Positions 1 through 14,085 of a stretch of 64,000 nucleotides of DNA are shown one piece after another; the first letter of the stretch is position 1; the number at the start of each line of letters is the position of its first letter. Origin of the DNA: Novakomyces olei (lineage: Eukaryota). The notes under the pieces are model-generated. The model was not told the DNA's origin, made no database searches, and worked only from the letters and a program-made list of their open reading frames with translations. The translations under genes were made by a program, and so were the position numbers. The stretch covers positions 744,001-808,000 of the forward strand of contig JADEYG010000004.1 in the NCBI GenBank assembly GCA_016906335.1. The letters are read 5' to 3'.

Positions 1-30
1 TTAGTTGCAGACAACCACATTAAATCTTAC

Positions 31-1910
31 CCTGTTATTTTTATTGTCGTAGAGAAAATTAGTCCAATTGGGATCGGTCTGCATGAATTTGAATTCTATT
101 ATTTCCCTAAGACAAAGACGCATAAGATTCCCACCAATCTGTTTGTCAGTATTATTCTTAACAATTAAAGCAAATGCAAACAGACTTTATTAATATACTC
201 TTCTGAAAATAGTAAATAACAAACAATAATTAAAATGAATTTGAACTTTAAGATTTGCAAATTTGAATACACCGCAGACAAAGAGGCGTAGCAAATAATG
301 AATAATAAGTTTACAAATAGTTTATAAAAATAAAATCAAATATTCTTATAAAGCATAGACAAAGAAAGAACAAATAATTAAATCAAACGGGCACAGGCAT
401 GAATAAAAAATCAAAGGATTAAATAAATAAAATCTCTCACCCAGTCACGCTCCGCCTGACTAGCATGCTCTAGTTTGCCGACATCAATACCATTGGCCCA
501 GTCCATGCAAAGAACCTGCGGCCCTGATGCCTGCCTGTGGACAATAGGAACATGAAAATGGGTATCATTAGACAATAGTTGCCGATAACGATCGGCACTT
601 TCAGCCTCACGGACATAATCCGTTTCGTGTCGCAATTCTACTCGAGCTGAAGCAATTGTGCGATCCAGAAAAAGCCCACGAGGTAAAACACGTGCGGCCG
701 TGAGCAAAAGACCCAAGTTATCCAAATCTGCATCTATAGAATTGGCCACACCTGGATACTGCACTTTTACAGCTACCAAAGTTCCGTCCAAAAGTCGTGC
801 ACGGTGGACTTGGCCGATGGAAGCAGCGGCTACTGGGACACTGTCAAAATCTTCAAAAATACCGTCTCTCCAATCGGCTCCCAGGTTTGCCCGCATAACC
901 TGCTCAAGCTGCCACGCCGGCATGTAATGTGCCGAGTCCTGTACCCGAGAGAGCACCTGTTGAATTGCTGGTGGAAGCACCTTGGCATCTTGAAAACTGA
1001 TCATTTGACCCAATTTAAGAGCAGCTCCCCTCATACGTGACAACTTATCCACCAAGCGATCCATATTGCGTCCACTCATAAATACACTGCCCACAGGTTG
1101 ATTGTTTCCTCCTTGGTGTCCTTCGCCGAAAGCCGCACGCCGAACAGACTCGGAGATGGCTCCCGCTCCGAGGCCGACAGCCAATCCACCATAATGCCAA
1201 AGTCGTGAAAATCGGGATGCCGGTACTTTAGACGATGAAATTAAAGGTTTTCGCAGCGGTTCATTAGGATCTGTCTCTGATAAATGAGTGCTCTCTGTGG
1301 AAGGAGGATTGTCATCAAGTGCTGTCGGGTTCAGTGTTGCTGTGCTTTGTAAAGAACCATTTTCCGTACTGCCAATGCTTTCGGGTCGCGGTAATCTGCT
1401 ATCATGTGGAATAAAAGTGGCATCATTAGATGGGCCGTTTGGTGTATTTGAATTATTATCTAAAATTTCGTTTAAACCGTCCGGGTTTGTTGGCTTTGCC
1501 AGTCCGGCTTTTTCAACTTCGCATTTTTCGCCCGCCTCAACAGCAGATTTATCCAATTGCACCGGATCCTGTTGTATTTGCACAGACCCTTCTGTGTCTA
1601 ATGACACCGTTTCCGGAGCCGATGTTAAAGGAGAGGGCGAAAAAGATGTTGTTGGTGTCGCATCGGCGCCAGCACGATTAGAAGCAATATCTTTGTTGCC
1701 TGCTATGGATTCAATATTTGCGTTATGTGTGCGTGGCCGTGATTCTTGCTGCTTTGCAGCACTGTAATTCTCGCAGCTTTGCTTTGCTATTTTGTACACT
1801 GTCGATTGTGATCCACGTACGGCTGCATTGTCTGCAGAAATTGCGGCTGCACGCGCAATTACCGCTCCAGCGGCCGCCGCTACTCGCACCAGATCGTACA
1901 CCCTACTCAT
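31..1910 (-). CDS. COQ8: Mitochondrial atypical kinase COQ8/ABC1; 3' end runs off the window
   Basis: Motifs [19 protein letters not shown] and VAVKVQYPG. Exon 1910-441, intron 440-139, exon 138-31 ([30 protein letters not shown]), then a GTAAGA donor at 30. Confidence 0.95.
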
Positions 1911-2175
1911 GCGCTTTTGTCGCTTTACGTACAATCGCTAAATTTAATAAAATGGCATCCAATATGCGCACGGACCCCGTGAGTATATTTGTAGCTCGTT
2001 GGTTTATCACTCGGGCAGAAAGGCACAAGTAATTGTAGAAGTATTGTGTCAATCGAGCATTTAATGTGGGTAGAAAAAGTGCGATAGCCAGGATTGTAGA
2101 GCGTATAATAAATAATAACTAATTAATTAATTAATAAATAAATAATAAATTAATTATTATTCGTGTCGAGGCATT

Positions 2176-3065
2176 ATGAACTCGGTGCGTGAAATCCAAC
2201 GCATAAACGAGGCAGAGCTCAAGGCAGGTGTGTTTGGTAAAGGCAGCTGGCACGATGACTATAAACATTCGGCATACGTGTATATTGGCGGACTACCCTA
2301 CCAGCTGACTGAGGGGGATATAGTATGTATTTTCAGCCAGTTTGGAGAGCCAGTCGACATCAATCTCGTCAGAGACCGTGAGACTGGGAAATCTAAGGGA
2401 TTTTGCTTTTTGAAATATGAAGATCAGCGCTCTACCGTGTTAGCGGTAGATAATTTTACTGGCGCAAGCGTAAGGGACTCTAATAATCATTCGAATAAAT
2501 CAAAAATGACATGAAATGAAATGAAATAAATGAAAAACAAAATTCAAAAAGGAAGAAGAAATAACAGTTATAATGTTCCTTTCAGTATGCTAACCTCTAG
2601 ATCTTGGGCCGGACTATACGGGTAGATCATGTTTCGGACTACAAGCAAAAAGACGATAGCAAAGACGACAAAGAATATGATAATGATTCGCGGCTAAGCG
2701 GGTTCAATGTCGCTCCCAGTTCAGTTGTGCCAATGGAGAACGGCAACGATAAAGTTTCTATCGATGAGTTGGACGTTGAACAAAGTAAACAAGAAGTGGC
2801 TCAAGCGGCGGAGGAAGCTGAGCTGGCCGCCGGTATTGATCCTGAAGATCCAATGCGAGATTATATAATATCAGAACGACGACGGCAAAAGCTCGAGAAG
2901 CAGTCGAGTGGTACTCGAGGGCATCGGGAACACGGGCACCGGCACCGGCACCGGCATGAAGATGATCCCGACCGGCGTCGGCACCATCGGCATCACCATC
3001 GGCATCTCCATCGTCATGATCGTGATCGTGATCTTGATCTGGATCGTGCTACAAGCGAGCGATGA
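2176..3065 (+). CDS. IST3: RES complex / U2 snRNP RRM protein (Ist3/Snu17/RBMX2/Cwf29)
   Basis: MNSVREIQRINEAEL...SWHDDYKHSAYVYIGGL...KSKGFCFLKYEDQRSTVLAVDN. Intron 2470-2600 joins in frame to ILGRTIRVDHV. His/Arg/Asp-rich tail. Confidence 0.93.
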
Positions 3066-3548
3066 AGCACAAGTCAGGAAATGGAATAATTGACATGATA
3101 ATCCTTTTCATGACTATAATGTCCTTTATTATCTTTTTTTACTAGCAAGCGCAAGAGGCAGCTTTATAAGCGTATCTAATTATGTTGAATGGCGTTTTAG
3201 TCTACAAATAACTCATTGGAAATGGCAAAAGTCTCTGGAATTTAGAATAAATTCCCACTACAGCCATGACTACAGTCATACTAAGACTAATTGTCATACT
3301 CGAATGTAGAGGCGTCCGATGAGGAGACGGGTAATTACGGGCCAATTGTTCTCTATTCTAGCAAACTAATTCTCGAAATATAATATAAATAGAGACGCAA
3401 AAAATAAAATTTAAAATTAAAAGAAAATAAATCGAACAGTATTCACCAGTCACAGGCCGCTACGATGGAAATCGACTAAAAAAAATAAAAATAAAGATGG
3501 ATAAAGAATGTAACTGTTTGAAACGCCATGCCTGTCTGGATAGCCGCT

Positions 3549-5581
3549 CTAGTTTACATTTCCTACAGCACGTTCAATACGCAGCATGGAGGTATGTCCA
3601 GAGCCACGAGTCCAGCCTTGAATAACGACGATGGGATCGTTCTTATGCAAAATACCCAAGTCAATAGCAAGCTGAGAACCCCAAGCCATACGGCGATCAA
3701 CGTCCTTTTGCCAGTCCTCACCAGATGTGGAATTAACACGAGGTTCAGGGTAAACTAGCGGGTAAACCCCACGGTGCAGGTGAGCCTGACGAGCGTTTCC
3801 AGGCTCACGGGTCACCATAATGATTGGGCAAGCAGGACGATACTTTGCACACAATCGTGCCGTTACACCACGCGTAGACAAGCAAATAATAGCCTTGGCT
3901 TCGTGCTCGATGGCAGCATTAATTGCAGAACAGCAAGTCGTTTCTGCCGTGTCGAGAGGTCGGACAGCCAGTGATCTCAATTCGTTAAATAGAGGTCCGT
4001 AAGCGATTGAAGCCTCTGCTTGAAGGCAGATATCACGCATATAACGAACAGCCTCCTCCGGGTAAGAGCCCTTGGCAGTTTCACCAGACAGCATAACACA
4101 ATCGGCTCCATCAAGGACAGAGTTGCCAACATCTGAAACTTCAGCACGTGTAGGGCGAGGATTGTTGGTCATAGACTCGAGCATTTGAGTAGCACAAATG
4201 ACAGATTTACCGGCAAGATTGCACTTCGCAATCATCATTTTCTGGGCTACGAAAACCGAAGGAGCAGGAATCTCTATACCGAGATCTCCACGCGCTACCA
4301 TAACGCCATCCGTCTCACGCAAAATGTCATCAAAATTGTTCACACCTTGCTGGTTTTCAATCTTTGAAATAATCTTAATATGGGCACCTTTTTCACCCAG
4401 CACTTTGCGGATATGTACAACATCCTCGCCGCGGCGGATAAAACTGGCGAATATCATATCCACTCCATTAGCAACACCAAACTCGAGATCGCCAATGTCT
4501 TTTTCACTAAGAGCAGGAAGATCAACATCGGTTTTGGGCAGGTTCACACCTTTTCGAGAAGAGATTTTGCCATTATTAAGGCAAACTGCACGTATATGTT
4601 GATCATCAATTATCTTGGATACACGGAATGAAAGAACACCATCATCGACGTAGATAATACGGCCCTCCTCGATAACCTTGCAGATGTTTTTGTAATCAAT
4701 GTACATGATATCGGCACTGCATTTGCTGAAGTACGCATCGTCAGTAGTTATAGTCAATTCGTGGCCTTTAGAGATGGGAATATCGCTTCCATTTACAGTG
4801 TCGCCAGTTCGGATCTCTGGGCCTTTCTGTTGCTTGATTAGCCTTCAACTCATACAAGTTCAACTGCGCTTGTGACATCAAAAAGACTTTAAAATACAAG
4901 TAATCCAGATGCGATGAAATTAATAATCCGAGCATGAAACATTCATGAATAAAATAAGTAATGGTAGAAGCTGAACAAGGGATGTTTATTAAAAAGAAGT
5001 AGGTAAAAGTAAATGATTATACTTATGAACTAATAATAGTGGTACAAAGCAACTAACGGCAGTTGTAACCTGTGAGAAAAAAAGCTGTAGCAATCATCTG
5101 AAAAGGGTGATAGGGGAATACAGTTAAAAAAGAAATAAATAGTCAGAGGGTAGGCGGAAAAGAGATGCTTTGTTTTCTTATATCTAATATAAATAAAAAG
5201 GCTAAATTAAATGCAAAATATAAAGCAGCATTCTTCATTCTCAAGCGGTAATACAGATCTAATAAAATCAATTAAAAAAAAAAAAACTTTAGGTGATACC
5301 GTGTCCAGAGCAAGAGCGAGAGGTCGTCCCGGCTGAATACGCTCGGCCTCGCGCGAATTATCCATTACAGACTTGTGATACTCATGCGAGCCGTGGGAGA
5401 AGTTCATGCGGACCACATTAACACCGTTAGTTCGCAGCTTGTTAATCATCTCAACGCTGTTGGTCTTTGGGCCGATTGTAGCAATAATTGACGTTCGGCG
5501 GAGCTGCGCATCAATTTCGCGCTCCGTATCGAGCGACGAGAGCCATTCAATATTGGTCTTTATGGCGTCGTTGTAAATCAT
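3549..5581 (-). CDS. PYK1: Pyruvate kinase
   Basis: [36 protein letters not shown] across intron 5299-4827, [34 protein letters not shown]. Confidence 0.98.
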
Positions 5582-6206
5582 GATGGCACCGTTCTCTATT
5601 CCGTTGAAGGTAGGTGAGTTTTTCTGTGCTAGTAGAGTATTCTCCTATCCTTATAATGTAGATCCGAACAGCTTATAAAATTGCGTTGTATAAGGAGTTA
5701 AACGCAACGTAGATTTAAGTAAGCATACAAACCAATGTGTACGGGTAAAGGAGTTTAGCGTTCGCTAGAAAATAAATATGTAAATTAGTGTATATTGTTT
5801 TTATACGATAGAGCTTGGCATAATAATGTTACATAGTCATCGTGAGAAGATGGCAAGTGTGTCATCTATACGTAATGGCTTACAAACAATAGCGGATATT
5901 TATATCCAAATAGACACGTGACAGATACGCTTACTGAGGTATGTTTACTTGTAGATCCATTTTGTTGTTTAGGAGACCTGAACCAGATCGTGGTGATTTA
6001 TAGAAATATTTATAGAAATATGAAGTGCTAGTCGGAGGCGTTAGTTTCAGGTAAATAATAGCGATAGCGCATGCACATTATATTATTCAAGATTAATATA
6101 TTGTAAATTTATAGGGTATTCTGGATAAATAATGAATAGCGGTGTATGGAGCTTTATAAGTGTAGGCACTCATATATTAATATTACTATTGAGAGGTAAA
6201 CACAAC

Positions 6207-7399
6207 ATGGACGCCGATGGACGAGCTCGTCGGCGCCGCGACCGTCAGCAGCAGCGATTGCGCGGAGCTGGGTATATATTCAAGAATATCTGTTTTTGCT
6301 AATAAACAGAAATATTCACTCTGTAGTTTCGCCGTTTCAAATTCAGATTGATTCGACGAGTAAGAGACGACGGCGGTCTCAGCACGGTGCTGTCCAATCT
6401 CGTCGATCTACGAATTATGTCGCGCCGGTGGAAGCAATGAATACAGATGATCTACAGGATAATGACTCATCGTTACATAATGTAGGGCGGCATCCTAGTC
6501 CTCGTCGGTCGTCTGGCGCCAGTTTACCTCGCCGCTCACTCGAAGCAGTTCACTCTCCTCGTGTCGCTCGTACGCTTAACACCGGTTCTCGCCGTAGTAA
6601 TACTGTCTCACCTTCACAAGTTGAATCTCAATTCGAAAGGCCGATAGCAAATTTGCAGCTATCTTCACAGGGCGATTCTGCACTCGGCTTTGGGCAGAGC
6701 AAGAGCGCCAGTGAGACAGCGCCTTCTAATCGATCAAAACAAGGCAGGAAAAAGGCCAATCGCAACAAAGAAAACCGCGATCGTGTGGAGGAAGAGGATG
6801 CTAACGAGGATTATGAGGGCATTGAAATTATGGCGTCGCGTTTACCACATTTTGGAAGGGTACCGATTAATGAATTGGATGTTATTGCGCAGTACGTGGA
6901 TGAGAAGCTTCACCGAGTTAAGAAATCGCTTGTTGCGAAAGCTGTAGTGAAAAAGTTGCCGCCGGCTGCACAGCGCCGGCTCGCGTTGACGATCGACGCT
7001 TTCCGCGAACAAATTGAGGCCCGAATGTTACAAGTTATTGATCAGTTTGGACAATTAATGGCACTGCGTCATGTGCTACAGGTGACGGGTTTACGTAAAC
7101 GCAAACTTCGCACGGAGTTGGTGCAAATCGAGCAATCTCGCTCCAGAATTCATGCGGAGCAACAGACTTTAAAGGTTAAAATGGAGACTTTACGGAGGAA
7201 AATGGCTCTACAAAAGGAAACAGCGCAATTGAGTAATAAAATTAAAGCCAATAGTGCCACATCGCCACAAGTGGCACTACAGCAGCGGGCCATGAGTGGA
7301 CGATTGGCTGTTTTAGCAGATACTCTAGGCAGCGGAGGTGCTTTTGCTACCGTCAAAAACGCAAACGAAGCAATTCAAAGGATATTGGGGGCGACTTGA
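6207..7399 (+). CDS. Probable inner kinetochore CENP-U/Ame1/Mis17-like protein
   Basis: The N-terminus RRRDRQQQRLRGAG and the INELDVIAQ motif before a C-terminal coiled coil resemble fungal Ame1 as I recall it. A 38-nt intron (6272-6309) restores the frame. Confidence 0.55.
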
Positions 7400-9258
7400 A
7401 TTTTATTTAATTTTTAATGTACATAGACTTTATTGGTATCTGCAATTAACGAGAAAGGCAATTGATGTTTAGTGTATACCCTGTATGAAGCGATAAGACC
7501 TGTTTGGTAGTCATTCTATATTCAATTTTGCAATCGTTCAAGTGTATTGCTTGATTTAATTGGAAATTTGATATTGACATGTTTGGTTGCTTTTTATTTC
7601 AATAATCGTAAGTTCCTCGTAGCCTTTCATACAGTGGTCGTGTCTTAGGTAACACTTATGCCTACGGCAATATTTGCGTTCCCCACTGCGAACTTAGCAT
7701 AATGTAAACAAATAGCAATGATTAAACAAGTACTCAAGCAGCCAGTTGATGCGCATATTGCATGAAATAAGCCCCAGGAACAAAGTATTGGGAACTAAAT
7801 ATTGTCTTGATATACAATTTATTCTGATCCTAATCCTAATAACAGCATAGCAAACTAATCCTTATCGGAGTCCTTCGAATTATCAATTACCAGTCATTTT
7901 TTTCTAGAAATTCTTGAGATATTTCTTTCAGGTATTTCCTTCGAAGTTTAACAGCATTGTCACATACGCTAATACGTCCCACAATCCGTTTTTACGAACA
8001 CCATGGAGAAACAGTCGTATAGCTCTTTGCTGCAAAAGGAACAATGATAAGACTCTTCTCGAGACGGAAGTACTGTAGAACTTAACCGATGGTGAGACGA
8101 GAGGTTTGTCTATTTGCGGAGTTACGCAATTAAAGAGGTAATCGTCCGCTACAATGATCAACGGTTCATAAACAAATATAATTCAGTCACCTACTGTCTA
8201 TGTCTCTATGTCTCTCTATGACTACTATAAACAAATAAACGGCATCCTCAACAGACCTGCAGCTGCGATTGTTGTTAGGGAAGCGAGATAAGCAAAGAGC
8301 CCGCCAAAGTGACCCGGCACCCTCTGCGGCATGCTATAGGCTTAGAATGCCTGAAGCCCTAATTAGGCCATGGAACGAATGGAATTTCAATATTTTTTCC
8401 GCATTATGGTGTCTAGGACCCTTTAACTTTATCCCCTCCTCCAGGGCCCAGAAAGCGTTTGTCATCACGGAGACAAGTAAACACTGTTATATAATACTGC
8501 AGCCTCGCTTTTTGTTGCAAGTTTAATCACAAATGAGACCCTGTTTCTTGGATGAACAAGTATTTAATACTCCTATCCCACATGGTAATTTGTTATAGGT
8601 ACGCCAAATGTCCTAATGATACTACCACTTTGTGCCTTGACGGGTGGTGGTCGCACACTTATGGTAACGAGTAGAAATAGAATACCATGTGCTCATATTA
8701 GGTAACCAGAGAGCCACTTGCTCTTTCCATATAGCGGGCCTTATCATATATACGATTGCGCCTTTTCTACAGACCGTTCACAACGCAGACTGACAATAGT
8801 CGCGAGTCTCGAACAAATAGCAACAAACATTCAAACAGTGGCCGCTGATCTACGCTTATTTGGATTCACAAATGGTCTGTTCGTGTATAAATCTCGTTCT
8901 TTATAATAATCGTCTGGCGACGACGCCATATTCCTCAAAAATGGATCATAGTATTACTTATTCCATCGTTCTTTTTGGGCTCAAGTGTACATTTGACAGT
9001 GATATCTCATTCGTCAAAAAGCCGTACCCGATACTATTCAAATAGTCATTTGGCAAATTGAGGAGAAAGATTAAAATTAGTGTAGAGAAAATATAAAAGC
9101 ACACCTTTACATGTATATCCATATCATTAGTATTTTATCTACAAATATATATACATATTCGCGGTACAGGCTCAAAAGTGTTTCGCGGAACAATCAAAAG
9201 CCAAAGGCAGTAGTGACGAGTGTGGCTCGGTCCTCGGCCTTCGACCTGCTTAGCAGGT

Positions 9259-12200
9259 ATGACCGAATCACCTTCGAGGAATGTTCCTGAACCTTGGCCA
9301 CACGTGAACACTCTTAGAGCTGCAATTGTTTCGGATAATGGTACGGGCCAGTATTCAAGGAGCGCGACGCATACACTCTCACCAGCTGCCGCAAGGCTGT
9401 CGGCAGCTGGAAATGAAGCATTACAAGACCAGCCGCGGTCATCGAGTAAGATTTTAAGCCAAATAGAGTATAGAATGAAAACAAGAAAGGGAAAAGACAA
9501 AAAAGAAATCTAAACTACACTAAAACAATGCTCAAAACCGAACTAAATACATAAAATAAAGCACAGTCTGAAGGGATAAATGCTAACAACATCAGACGGG
9601 AAACCAAGAGATCGGGATACACTGGATGCAGCACGTGTTATGCTCTCTCTCGAGCAAGGCCTCTGTTCGCCTACTATGGAAGAAGCAGCGCAGCGTGTAA
9701 TCCTGAACCATTTAAAGTGCAGTGAGCACGGCTCGATCCCCGATCACTTGGGTGAACCTCTGTTCGGACTGGACGACCTGGACGATTTAGCGTCGGATAT
9801 AGACTCTACCTCCTTTTCCCAACAGCGTGATTTGCTTGGCCATGGACTCGGTCTCCTTGAAACTGATCATGTCTCTACTGCCGGCGCCAGTAGTGGTGTC
9901 TCTTCCACGTTTGACGCTGCACGGTTCCCCAACGCTACTCAATGGAGTCATCACCATGAGGGCGACTTTGAGCTGGCTGCCGATACTCTTGATGAGGCTT
10001 TGCTACTGCAAGAACTAGAGCAAATAAGACGCCTAGATTCTCCATTGTTGGGCTTAAGAGGAGGCCCCTCTCATCGACCTCACTCACTGTTTGAAGCAGG
10101 CTACTCGCAAGACTTACCCGCTTCACTTGAGAAGGCCAATAGCACCATGGGACCTTTTAGTGACAAGGAACACGGGAATGAGACTACTGGAGCCGTTGAG
10201 CAATGGCGCCGTGATGCTCATTTACTGGCTGCCATATTGGAAGACGACATGCAGTGGTACAACGAGTACCCCATGAGCCCGGAACGGTCTCCGAGCTCCA
10301 AGACTGGGACCGGTGGAATGGGATCGGGAGTGCTTCCAGGATCCCCACAGTTGTCGGAATCCTTTTCCTATCAGGACTCTTCACGAAGGTCATCGTTGCC
10401 TCCAGCGCCTAAAAGGCGCTACGAGGACTATTTTGCTGATGAAATCGACAATCTTGCTCATAACAACAATCCTTCGGTTTACACGCATCCTCACTCTTTT
10501 GATCCGGAGGCAGCGACAACAATGGGAACAATACCAATGGCAGGATCAGTATCAAAATCCTTTAGAGGACACAACGAGTCCCGATTTCTTGGCCATACTC
10601 TTGAAGCTTTTTGGTCACCTTCAGCCTACAAAAACCTGCCCGGTCAGGAGCAGACGCGTGTTGCCCAGTCAACACTGCTAATACTCTCCTGCTGCCACGC
10701 CTTTGTTGCTCCCAAATCTTACTCTGGAGAAAAACGTTTCCTTTGCCCTGCACCTTTTGTCTCTATCCGATCACAAAAGGCGTCCGGTGTCCCTTGGACG
10801 AAAATGGAACAGCAGGAGCAGGACCAGGCATCGAATTTTACCAATTTTTCTGCTCATTGTTCAATATTGCAAGATGCAATTACGTGCACAGAACGAATCG
10901 CCTCTGCACCACTCATGTCGCCGCACGATCGTTCACACTACCGAGCTTATTTTCGCAGCTTACATATCGATTCCTCCAAGGTAGCTGGCTTGCACAGTTT
11001 CCAAATGTCTGTAAGCGTACGTGGCCGCAAGCAACAGCCCCTGAGTCCCACGGTAGAGGGCCAACAAGAGCCCTGTCTGTGCAAAATGCAGTCAGAACAG
11101 ATCCCAATTATAAGCAAACCGTGCAAGTCTATTCCCAAAAAGAAGATTATTTTGGCTACAGCTGTTCGTGATCAGTCTTCTGTGGCGCTTTACAACCGTA
11201 TCAATTCCCAAACTGCACGAACCCGGTATTTGGGCTTGGAATCGGCACACTCGCAGTCTATAGCAAACAGTTATCTGCAATTGGATAAATTGCAGTCAGA
11301 CTCTGGTGTAACTGCCTCCGAGTTTGTTACGTTTGCCGACGATTGGGATCCATTGACAATCGAGGTCTTGCAGAAACCTCCAGACTCAGAGATCCCAGAG
11401 GAAGTCTTAGCTGCTTATCATGATTCCTGTACAGAAGCCGGTGGTGCAGCGCCGCTTGTTCTTTTTGGATCTATTGTTTGCCTGCGCAATACTCACTTTG
11501 GCCGTGTATCGCCGCCAATGCGGGTCTTTCGCGTTGTTGAAGGCGGTCTTGTATCAACGCTGTGCGGGCCCATTTTACAGCAGCAACGAATGGCTTTTAT
11601 GGCTGTTGATAATGACGGCACTAATCTTGGTCTGAATCTACCGAGCTTTGAATCGGATAAACGTGCGGTTTATGGGAACAATAATTATAACAATTATAAT
11701 CACAATGCCGGGCGCAGTGCCCGGTTCCTGGCAACAAAACCTGGCCAGACTGGAGCCTTTACCAACACTAATGCAGGGCCGAACAGCGCTTCTTCTGCAG
11801 GAGCACTGCCTTTAGCTGGAGACAGGTCTGTCGTGTATACTATGGGCAGTCAAGTACGCTCTTTGGAAAAGCATAGTAATAGCAATACTGGATCAGACGG
11901 AGGTACCGCTCTTAAATTGAGCGATGATTCTTGCTGGGTTCTTGTGGGAGTCAGAGAAAGTCAGTGCCGTCTTATTGATATTCCTTTATTACCAGATACG
12001 AATGTACAGAAATCTTGCGGTGGTAATAATGGAGCAATTCAGTATGGGAATAGTGGGTTTGGGATGTTACAGCAGCACCCGGTCAGCGTTTATCCACGTG
12101 TCCTTGATCCTCCATCGTACTTTATTGACGAGAGTCCTGTTGAAGCACAGGGAGCCGGGCCAACAACGACCACAACTACCTTTGTAGATTTCAGAATGAA

Positions 12201-12591
12201 CCAGTTTATTGAGGAGAGCAACAGCAATTCTACTGCTAATGTCTTCAAGTACACTATTGGCGGGTGGCAAATTTACTTGGGCCCAGTGGGTCCTTTAAGG
12301 TTTCGTTCCGTGGAAAACACGAACCTTAAACAAACAAAGCCTGCTTCTACGTTAAAGTTTAAAGGTGCTAACAAGCAGCAGCAGCAGCAGCAGCATTCAG
12401 CAGTCTCCAAGGCAAACTCAAGCCTTGTCGAGACCAAAAATCAAACAATTCGTGTAGAACTGCCTTTACTGGAAGATGCTGGTGTTACTCTGCCACTGCT
12501 TTTTGTAAGGGAGTTGGGCACAAAAGATCGAACAGAAGGCCACCGTGTATTTTTTGCAGGTTGTGATATCATGACCAGGGAAATTTTGTGA
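9259..12591 (+). CDS. CSL (CBF1/Su(H)/LAG-1) family transcription factor, fungal Cbf11/Cbf12-like, with long low-complexity N-terminus
   Basis: NTD motif APKSYSGEKRFLCPAP (canonical AQKSYGNEKRFFCPPP), IISKP, beta-trefoil motif VALYNRINSQTARTRYL, C-terminal LPLLFVR. Exon 9259-9445, intron 9446-9595. Confidence 0.9.
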
Positions 12592-13167
12592 TGTAAAGGT
12601 TTATACGGAAAAAGGGGTTAAGCGGGAGCATTATATACTGTTGTTTTATTTATTATGTTATATTATTATGTTCTTAATATTGTCTGATTCAATTTCGTGG
12701 CAAGGACATTCTTGTGCCACAAGACGAGCAAAAAGGCGGGATATTGACGTGCTTTTGAAGAGTTAAAAGATTCAAAGTACATGCATCATTCTTTTCATTA
12801 CTTCTTATCATGTAGATATACTATTTTTTCTAGTGCAATATATGTATTAGTATTCTTTAAACTCGTTTCATTTCGTAGATTATGCACACGGTAGAACCGT
12901 TTTTAATTTAAGCAACCTGACAGGCCATTTTATCTTGTTCAAAATACTTCAATTTTCGTGTTGACAATTACTACCGATTTATCGTATGCAGCAATTTATA
13001 GCCTTCACGTAATGATCTCTTGTTATCGAACAAGTCCAGAACTAGAGTTTGTTAAGGTCAAGGATCAAGGATCAAGGTCGAGCCGAGAGAGATTGGTCCT
13101 TCCCAAAATTTCCATCATGTTTACAAATATTCAACTTGCAAGACAATGCCGGATGCATATCTAACCT

Positions 13168-14085
13168 TTATGTCAATGCAAGTCTCGTTTGTGTGGAATC
13201 TTTTACTCGTACATTTAGCTGATAACAAGCACGCTCGACCTTCTCCAAACATTGCTGTAATATTTCAATTTTTTTTGTCCATTCAGCAGCACCATTGCCA
13301 CTCAATTTTTTCTGCTTGTACTGAAGAACAAGCAATTGAGCGTGTAAGTCTCTTAGCAAAGCGCACACGTGCCGAATATCTTGAGAGGCAGCTGAATCAT
13401 CGACTCCACGAGTTTCTGCGAGGGATGAAAGATGCGTTATAGACCGACGCATAAGCTCCCCACCAACATCAGCCAGGCCTAGTGCAAAATCATTAGCTGT
13501 GATAACGACCGTATTATCTTCATTTCTGGGCAGAATAACGGCGTTTGGAGGCGGTAAAGAGTCGTTTTTAATATAATATTCAAGTGCAAATGCCTCTACA
13601 AACTCTTGAATTCCAGGACTGATTTGAGATTCATAGCGCCAAAAACTCGAGTCTTTTAAAAGCGATATAATGCGCCCGAATGTCTGCTCGATGTCGGCCT
13701 TGTGTGAGGAAACATCGCGCTCAATTGCAGGCGAAAGCTGCCGAGACTTGTCGACACTTTTGATTAGCAAAAAATGAAAAATAATGACAGTAAAATAAAA
13801 CAAATAAAAATGCGACGTACCGGTGTAAAGCAAAAATAATTTTTTTGCTACGCGCTGTAACGTCTCGCGAGCATTTTATCAACTGCTCCCGACGATCGTA
13901 CTTTCGATTAGTTTTAATCTCTCTATTTGACGTACGTGTCGATCTAATTCGTCCCGAAAAGTAATGAACATTGGTACATATGGATTTTCAGAATTCACAT
14001 CTTGATCGTGAAGAACTTTTCCCTGTGTTTTACGCTCTGAGCCATTGGGCTTTGCACGTTTCGGCCGGGGAGGGTCCACGTCCAT
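13168..14085 (-). CDS. TSNAX: Translin-associated factor X (TRAX), C3PO subunit; extreme C-terminus uncertain
   Basis: Spliced product FRDELDRH|YDRREQLIKCSRDVTARSKKIIFALHR (35-nt intron 13935-13901, second intron near 13820-13759), SPGIQEFVEA, LGLADVGGELMR, LEKVERACY. Confidence 0.9.

Noticed and set aside
3475-3551. Cryptic PTS1 by stop-codon read-through in pyruvate kinase (NMT1 also checked)
   Set aside because: No TGA-CTA context, and the extensions do not end in a PTS1 tripeptide.
7400-9250. Short ORFs and a minus-strand GTGATGA (8462-8468) in the long region upstream of the CSL gene
   Set aside because: No recognisable protein motifs or coherent splice model, and no box D at a suitable distance. 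Treated as regulatory/UTR sequence.
13000-13210. Extra 3' exon or recursive splice in TRAX
   Set aside because: Several donor/acceptor combinations are possible but none restores a recognisable conserved C-terminus; unresolved without cDNA.
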